Source: Paracoccaceae bacterium (lineage in GTDB: Bacteria; Pseudomonadota; Alphaproteobacteria; Rhodobacterales; Rhodobacteraceae). Taken from it: DNA of 64,000 bases. The stretch is from NCBI GenBank assembly GCA_965216225.1, contig CBDCFF010000024.1:27321-91320 (forward strand). Direction: 5' to 3'. The position numbers and the translations under genes are program-made. This document shows positions 59,516 to 64,000 of the stretch, piece by piece. How positions within the stretch are numbered: the first letter of the stretch is position 1; each line of letters begins with the position of its first letter. The notes under the pieces are model-generated. The model was not told where the DNA came from and did not search any database. It saw only the letters and a list, made by a program, of their open reading frames with translations.

Positions 59516-60349
59516 ATGTTCCGTTCCATTGCGCTTTTGCTGACATTTGCGCTGGCAGTGCTGGCGACCCCGGCGGCCATGGCGCAGAACCGTGAACAGA
59601 CGCTTGCCGACATCCGGCAGGAATTGTCGGTGCTCCATGTAGAGGTGCAGCGCCTGAAGCGGGAGCTCTCGACAACCGGCGCCCCGTCCCTGGCGGGGGG
59701 CGGTTCGACCCCGCTGGAGCGGGTTGACGCGATCGAACGGGAATTGCAGCGCCTGACCGCCAAAACCGAAGAGATCGAGTTCAAGGTCAACCGGATCGCC
59801 ACGCGCGGCGGCAACCGGATCGGCGATCTGGAGTTTCGCCTGTGTGAACTGGAAGCCGGGTGCGACATTGCCGATCTGTCGCACGGCACCACGCTGGGCG
59901 GGGTCGAGGTGGAGACCGTGGCGACGGTCGATCCGCCCCTTGCGGGCGCTGGGGAACTGGCCGTGGGTGAGCAGGCCGATTTCAACCGCGCCGCCGCAGC
60001 GCTGGAAGAGGGCGAACTGGAAGCAGCGGCAGAGCAGTTCGCCGACTTCACCCGGACCTATCCCGGCGGCCCGCTGAGCGCCGAGGCGCATTTCATGCGC
60101 GGCGATGCGCTGGAACGGCTTGGCCGGATACAGCCCGCCGCGCGCGCCTATCTCGACAGTTTCTCGACCGCGCCGAAAGGGCCGAGGGCGCCCGATGCGC
60201 TCTACAGGGTGGGCGCCACACTGGCGGCGCTGGGCCAGACCCCGGATGCCTGCCAGATGTTCGATCAGGTCGGTGTGCGCTTTCCGGGATCGGAGGCGGA
60301 ACTGGAAGCCCGCGCCGCGAAGCTGGAGCTGGGGGCTGTCTGTGAATGA
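59516..60349 (+). CDS. cpoB: cell division coordinator CpoB (YbgF)
   Basis: Signal peptide, coiled-coil and C-terminal TPR repeats, downstream of pal. Confidence 0.85.
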   Translation: MFRSIALLLTFALAVLATPAAMAQNREQTLADIRQELSVLHVEVQRLKRELSTTGAPSLAGGGSTPLERVDAIERELQRLTAKTEEIEFKVNRIATRGGNRIGDLEFRLCELEAGCDIADLSHGTTLGGVEVETVATVDPPLAGAGELAVGEQADFNRAAAALEEGELEAAAEQFADFTRTYPGGPLSAEAHFMRGDALERLGRIQPAARAYLDSFSTAPKGPRAPDALYRVGATLAALGQTPDACQMFDQVGVRFPGSEAELEARAAKLELGAVCE

Positions 60350-61628
60350 CGGATTACCGCTTCTGAAAGACGCCGATGCGTTTTCAAGGCATCGTGCCGA
60401 TACCGCGTTTCCCGATGTCAAACCGGACAGAATCGGTGTTGCGGTATCAGGGGGCGGTGATTCGATGGCGACCCTGCACCTGATGCACCGTGCCGCGCCA
60501 TATTGCGGCTGGCAGGTTCATGCGGTGACGGTGGATCATGGCCTGCGCCCGGAAGCAGCAGACGAAGCGGCCTTCGTGGCCGGGTTCTGTTCATCCCTGA
60601 ACATCCCCCACGAAACCGTGAAATGGACCGGCTGGGACGGCAGGGGCAACTTGCAGGATCGCGCGCGGCGCGCCCGCTATGCCCTGATTGCCGGGTGGGC
60701 GGGGCGGCAGCGGGTAAGCCATGTGGCGCTGGGCCACACCGCGAACGATCAGGCCGAGACCTTTCTGATGCGGCTGGCGCGCGGGGCCGGAGTGGATGGT
60801 CTGGCGTCGATGCAGGAAAGCTGGGCCGCACGGGGAACACACTGGTGGCGTCCGCTGATCGGGCAATCCCGCGAGGATCTGAGGATTTACCTGCGGCAAA
60901 ATCATATCGACTGGATCGACGATCCGTCGAACGAAGATGAAAGATTTGACCGGGTGAAAGCCCGCAAGGCGCTGGCAGTGCTGGAACCGCTTGGAATTTC
61001 GGAAAAATCACTGGCCGTCGCCGCCCGGCATTTGCTCTCTGCCAAACAGGCATTCGATGAAATCTGCGCGGACTTCGCGAAAGAGCATGTTCACGAGGCC
61101 GGCGGCGATCTGCTTTGTCCGAGGCAACATCTCGCCGGTTTGCCGGTGGACGTTGGGCGTCGGCTGATCTCGGGTGCTGTTCGCTGGATAACCGGGGCGG
61201 AATATCCCCCGCGCGCGCGGTCCATCGGCAACATTCACCGGGCGCTGATTTCGGGGCAGTTCAGGGATTGCACGCACACGCTGTCCGGTTGCCGCATTTC
61301 GGTTTCGCGCGATTCGGTCCGCTTTTCCCGCGAAGCCCGCGCGGTCGGGGGGCTCGAATGTCCGACCCCCGGCCTCTGGGATGACCGCTGGCGGTTCACC
61401 GGGCCGCACGCCCCCGGCCTGACGGTCCGCGCACTGGGGGCGGAGGGGCTGACGCTCTGCCCGGACTGGCGGGATGCCGGGATGCCGCGCGCCTCGCTGA
61501 TCGCCTCGCCCGCGGTCTGGAAGGGGGCGGAACTGGTCGCGGCCCCTCTCGCCGGGCTGACCAACGGCTGGACGGTTGACCCTGCACCGGGCCGGAACAA
61601 TTTCGCGAGCTTTCTCTTATCGCATTGA
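60342..61628 (+). CDS. tilS: tRNA(Ile)-lysidine synthase
   Basis: PP-loop VAVSGGGDSMATLHL. GTG start proposed, overlapping the cpoB stop. Confidence 0.85.
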   Translation: MNDGLPLLKDADAFSRHRADTAFPDVKPDRIGVAVSGGGDSMATLHLMHRAAPYCGWQVHAVTVDHGLRPEAADEAAFVAGFCSSLNIPHETVKWTGWDGRGNLQDRARRARYALIAGWAGRQRVSHVALGHTANDQAETFLMRLARGAGVDGLASMQESWAARGTHWWRPLIGQSREDLRIYLRQNHIDWIDDPSNEDERFDRVKARKALAVLEPLGISEKSLAVAARHLLSAKQAFDEICADFAKEHVHEAGGDLLCPRQHLAGLPVDVGRRLISGAVRWITGAEYPPRARSIGNIHRALISGQFRDCTHTLSGCRISVSRDSVRFSREARAVGGLECPTPGLWDDRWRFTGPHAPGLTVRALGAEGLTLCPDWRDAGMPRASLIASPAVWKGAELVAAPLAGLTNGWTVDPAPGRNNFASFLLSH

Positions 61629-61709
61629 ACATGACCGGCGGCGCCTCTATTTTAACCGGGCGGCTTCTGTGCCCGGCGCAGCGGCAACGGGGTTTTGGGG
61701 AGGATTTCC

Positions 61710-63623
61710 TTGGGTAACAACGTGCGCAGTATCGCCTTCTGGGTCGTGCTCTTTCTGCTGATTCTGGCGCTTTTCAACCTGTTCAACGGCGGCGGCGCCT
61801 CGGCCAACAGCCGCGCGGTCAGCTATTCCGATTTCATCGCACAGGTGGATGACGGCAATATCGGCGCCGTGACCCTGGACGGAGAGCGGGTGAGCTTTCG
61901 CGGTGCCGACGGGCAGACCTATTTCACGATCAAGCCGGGCGACGCCGATCTGACCGACTATCTGATCGGAAAGAACGTGGCGGTCGATGCCAGGCAGCAG
62001 GAGCAATCCGGCTTCATCTCGATCGTCATGACCTTCCTGCCCTTCATCCTGCTGATCGCGGTCTGGGTTTATTTCATGAACCGGATGCAGGGCGGCGGCA
62101 AGGGCGGCGCGATGGGCTTTGGCAGGTCGCGTGCGAAACTTCTGACCGAACGCACCGGCAAGGTGACCTTTGACGATGTCGCCGGTATCGACGAAGCCAA
62201 GGAAGAACTGGAAGAGATCGTGGAGTTCCTGCGGGATCCGCAGAAGTTCTCTCGTCTCGGCGGCAAGATCCCGAAAGGCGCGCTGCTCGTGGGGCCTCCG
62301 GGCACGGGCAAGACGCTGTTGGCGCGGGCAATCGCGGGCGAGGCAGGCGTGCCCTTCTTCACCATCTCGGGTTCCGACTTCGTGGAAATGTTCGTCGGCG
62401 TCGGCGCCTCCCGCGTGCGCGACATGTTCGAACAGGCCAAGAAGAACGCGCCGTGCATCGTCTTCATCGACGAGATCGACGCCGTGGGTCGCCACCGCGG
62501 TGCGGGCTATGGCGGCGGCAATGATGAACGTGAACAGACGCTGAACCAGCTTCTGGTCGAGATGGACGGCTTCGAGACCAATGAAGGCGTGATCATCCTG
62601 GCCGCCACCAACCGGCGGGATGTGCTTGACCCGGCGCTGTTGCGCCCTGGCCGGTTCGACCGTCAGATCACGGTGCCGAACCCCGACATCAAGGGCCGCG
62701 AGAAAATCCTCGGGGTCCATGCCCGCAAGACCCCGCTTGGCCCCGACGTGGACCTGCGCATCATCGCGCGCGGCACGCCGGGCTTCTCGGGCGCCGATCT
62801 GGCCAACCTGGTGAACGAGGCGGCGCTGATGGCGGCCCGCGTCGGACGCCGCTTCGTCACCATGGAAGATTTCGAGAGCGCAAAGGACAAGGTGATGATG
62901 GGGGCGGAGCGCCGCTCGATGGTGCTGACGCAGGAGCAGAAGGAAAAGACCGCCTATCACGAGGCCGGACATGCCATCGTCGGCCTGAGCCTGCCGAAAT
63001 GCGATCCGGTCTACAAGGCCACGATCATCCCGCGCGGACTGGCGCTGGGCATGGTGGTGTCCCTGCCCGAGATTGATCAGTTGACCCATTTCAAGGATGA
63101 GGTCGAGCAGAAGATCGCCATGACCATGGCCGGCAAGGCGGCGGAGATTCTGAAATACGGTTCCGACAATGTGTCGAGCGGCCCGGCAAGCGACATTCAG
63201 CAGGCGTCTGCCTATGCGCGGGCAATGGTCATGCGCTACGGCATGTCCGAAAAGGTCGGCAATATAGATTATGCCGAGGCCCATCAGGGCTATCAGGGCC
63301 AGACCGGCGGATTCTCGGTCTCTGCCGCGACCAAGGAACTGATCGAGAAAGAGGTCAAGCGGATCATCGACCAGGGCTATGGCGTCGCCCATCGCATCCT
63401 GACCGAGCGGACCGGGGAATGGGAGCGTCTGGCCCAGGGCCTGCTGGAATACGAAACCCTGACGGGCGAGGAGATCAGGCGCGTGATGAAGGGCGAGCCG
63501 CCGCATGTGGACCCGGACAAGGACGATACGCCCGATGCAGGAAGCGCCCCGTCCGTCACCGCGATTCCGAAGACCGGGCCAAAGCCGAAATCCGGCGGCG
63601 TGATGGAGCCGGAGCCGACCTGA
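61710..63623 (+). CDS. ftsH: ATP-dependent zinc metalloprotease FtsH
   Basis: Walker [12 protein letters not shown] and the HEAGHA zinc site. A TTG start 6 nt after GGAGGA is proposed; the ORF track starts at 61695. Confidence 0.93.
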   Translation: MGNNVRSIAFWVVLFLLILALFNLFNGGGASANSRAVSYSDFIAQVDDGNIGAVTLDGERVSFRGADGQTYFTIKPGDADLTDYLIGKNVAVDARQQEQSGFISIVMTFLPFILLIAVWVYFMNRMQGGGKGGAMGFGRSRAKLLTERTGKVTFDDVAGIDEAKEELEEIVEFLRDPQKFSRLGGKIPKGALLVGPPGTGKTLLARAIAGEAGVPFFTISGSDFVEMFVGVGASRVRDMFEQAKKNAPCIVFIDEIDAVGRHRGAGYGGGNDEREQTLNQLLVEMDGFETNEGVIILAATNRRDVLDPALLRPGRFDRQITVPNPDIKGREKILGVHARKTPLGPDVDLRIIARGTPGFSGADLANLVNEAALMAARVGRRFVTMEDFESAKDKVMMGAERRSMVLTQEQKEKTAYHEAGHAIVGLSLPKCDPVYKATIIPRGLALGMVVSLPEIDQLTHFKDEVEQKIAMTMAGKAAEILKYGSDNVSSGPASDIQQASAYARAMVMRYGMSEKVGNIDYAEAHQGYQGQTGGFSVSAATKELIEKEVKRIIDQGYGVAHRILTERTGEWERLAQGLLEYETLTGEEIRRVMKGEPPHVDPDKDDTPDAGSAPSVTAIPKTGPKPKSGGVMEPEPT

Positions 63624-63820
63624 CCGACCTGACCGCCCGTATTCCCTGCCCTGCCGGTTGATGAATCGGCAAGGCGGTTTTCGATACGGCCTCATGAACC
63701 CGCGCTTCCGGCGTTGCCGACGCCGGAAATGTCGGAAACATTCTCTTGACGGATTGCCAACGCCTGTACGCACGGATAGACAAACGGCGGCGCGGCGCAG
63801 TTCAACATCCAGAGGTTATC

Positions 63821-64000
63821 ATGAGTTACAAATCCGATATTGAAATCGCCCGCGAGGCAAAGAAGCTGCCAATTCTGGAAATCGGCGGGAAACTGGGTAT
63901 TTCCAGCAACGATCTGCTGCCTTACGGGCATGACAAGGCAAAGGTTTCGCAGTCCTTCATCGACTCTGTTCAGGGCAACCGGAACGGCAGGCTGATCCTC
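63821..64000 (+). CDS. fhs: formate--tetrahydrofolate ligase, N-terminal 60 codons (runs off the window)
   Basis: [50 protein letters not shown]. Confidence 0.88.
   Translation, partial: MSYKSDIEIAREAKKLPILEIGGKLGISSNDLLPYGHDKAKVSQSFIDSVQGNRNGRLIL

Noticed and set aside
63624-63820. ZTP/THF-type riboswitch upstream of fhs.
   Set aside because: The leader is short, and I do not see the conserved pfl/ZTP core (GGGUCGUGA...CCGCCUGGGC) or THF motif. The region seems to contain only a TTCCGGCG-n7-CGCCGGAA hairpin after ftsH and a promoter-like TTGACG.

Overview
High-GC alphaproteobacterial (Rhodobacterales-like) chromosome in two very different halves. Bases 1-37100 are a dense mosaic of insertion sequences. 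I count at least 10 IS types and about 25 copies or fragments: IS21 x3, IS66 x3, IS256-like x5 or more pieces, IS110 x2, IS481 x2, IS5/IS427 x2 plus a stub, two IS630 types, a second IS256 type and an IS5 fragment. Many are nested inside each other, with target-site duplications readable in the sequence. Only a few non-IS pieces survive there. One is a lower-GC 2.4-kb islet (5785-8186) with an HNH nuclease, a wHTH gene and an unrecognisable 176-aa gene. The others are a zinc-ribbon/HEPN-like pseudogene (9262-10096), an S8 peptidase beheaded by IS21 (15436-16704), and a stranded ccmF-ccmH-enoyl-CoA hydratase segment (23818-27226). Bases 37100-64000 are ordinary conserved core: gyrB-recF-dnaN-dnaA-rhodanese-rpsT, crotonase, mutM, ubiE-ubiB, pnp, LOG, dapD, ybgC-tolQRAB-pal-cpoB, tilS, ftsH and the start of fhs. 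I found no rRNA, tRNA or CRISPR array. The best candidates for something undescribed are the wHTH/176-aa/HNH islet with its repeat-rich spacer, and the decayed HEPN-like and S8 genes that look like defence-island remnants. The clearest RNA-level signal is a likely bridge-RNA guide loop in the IS110 leader whose two arms match both IS-flank junctions. All calls come from reading motifs and repeats by eye, with no searches or statistics run.
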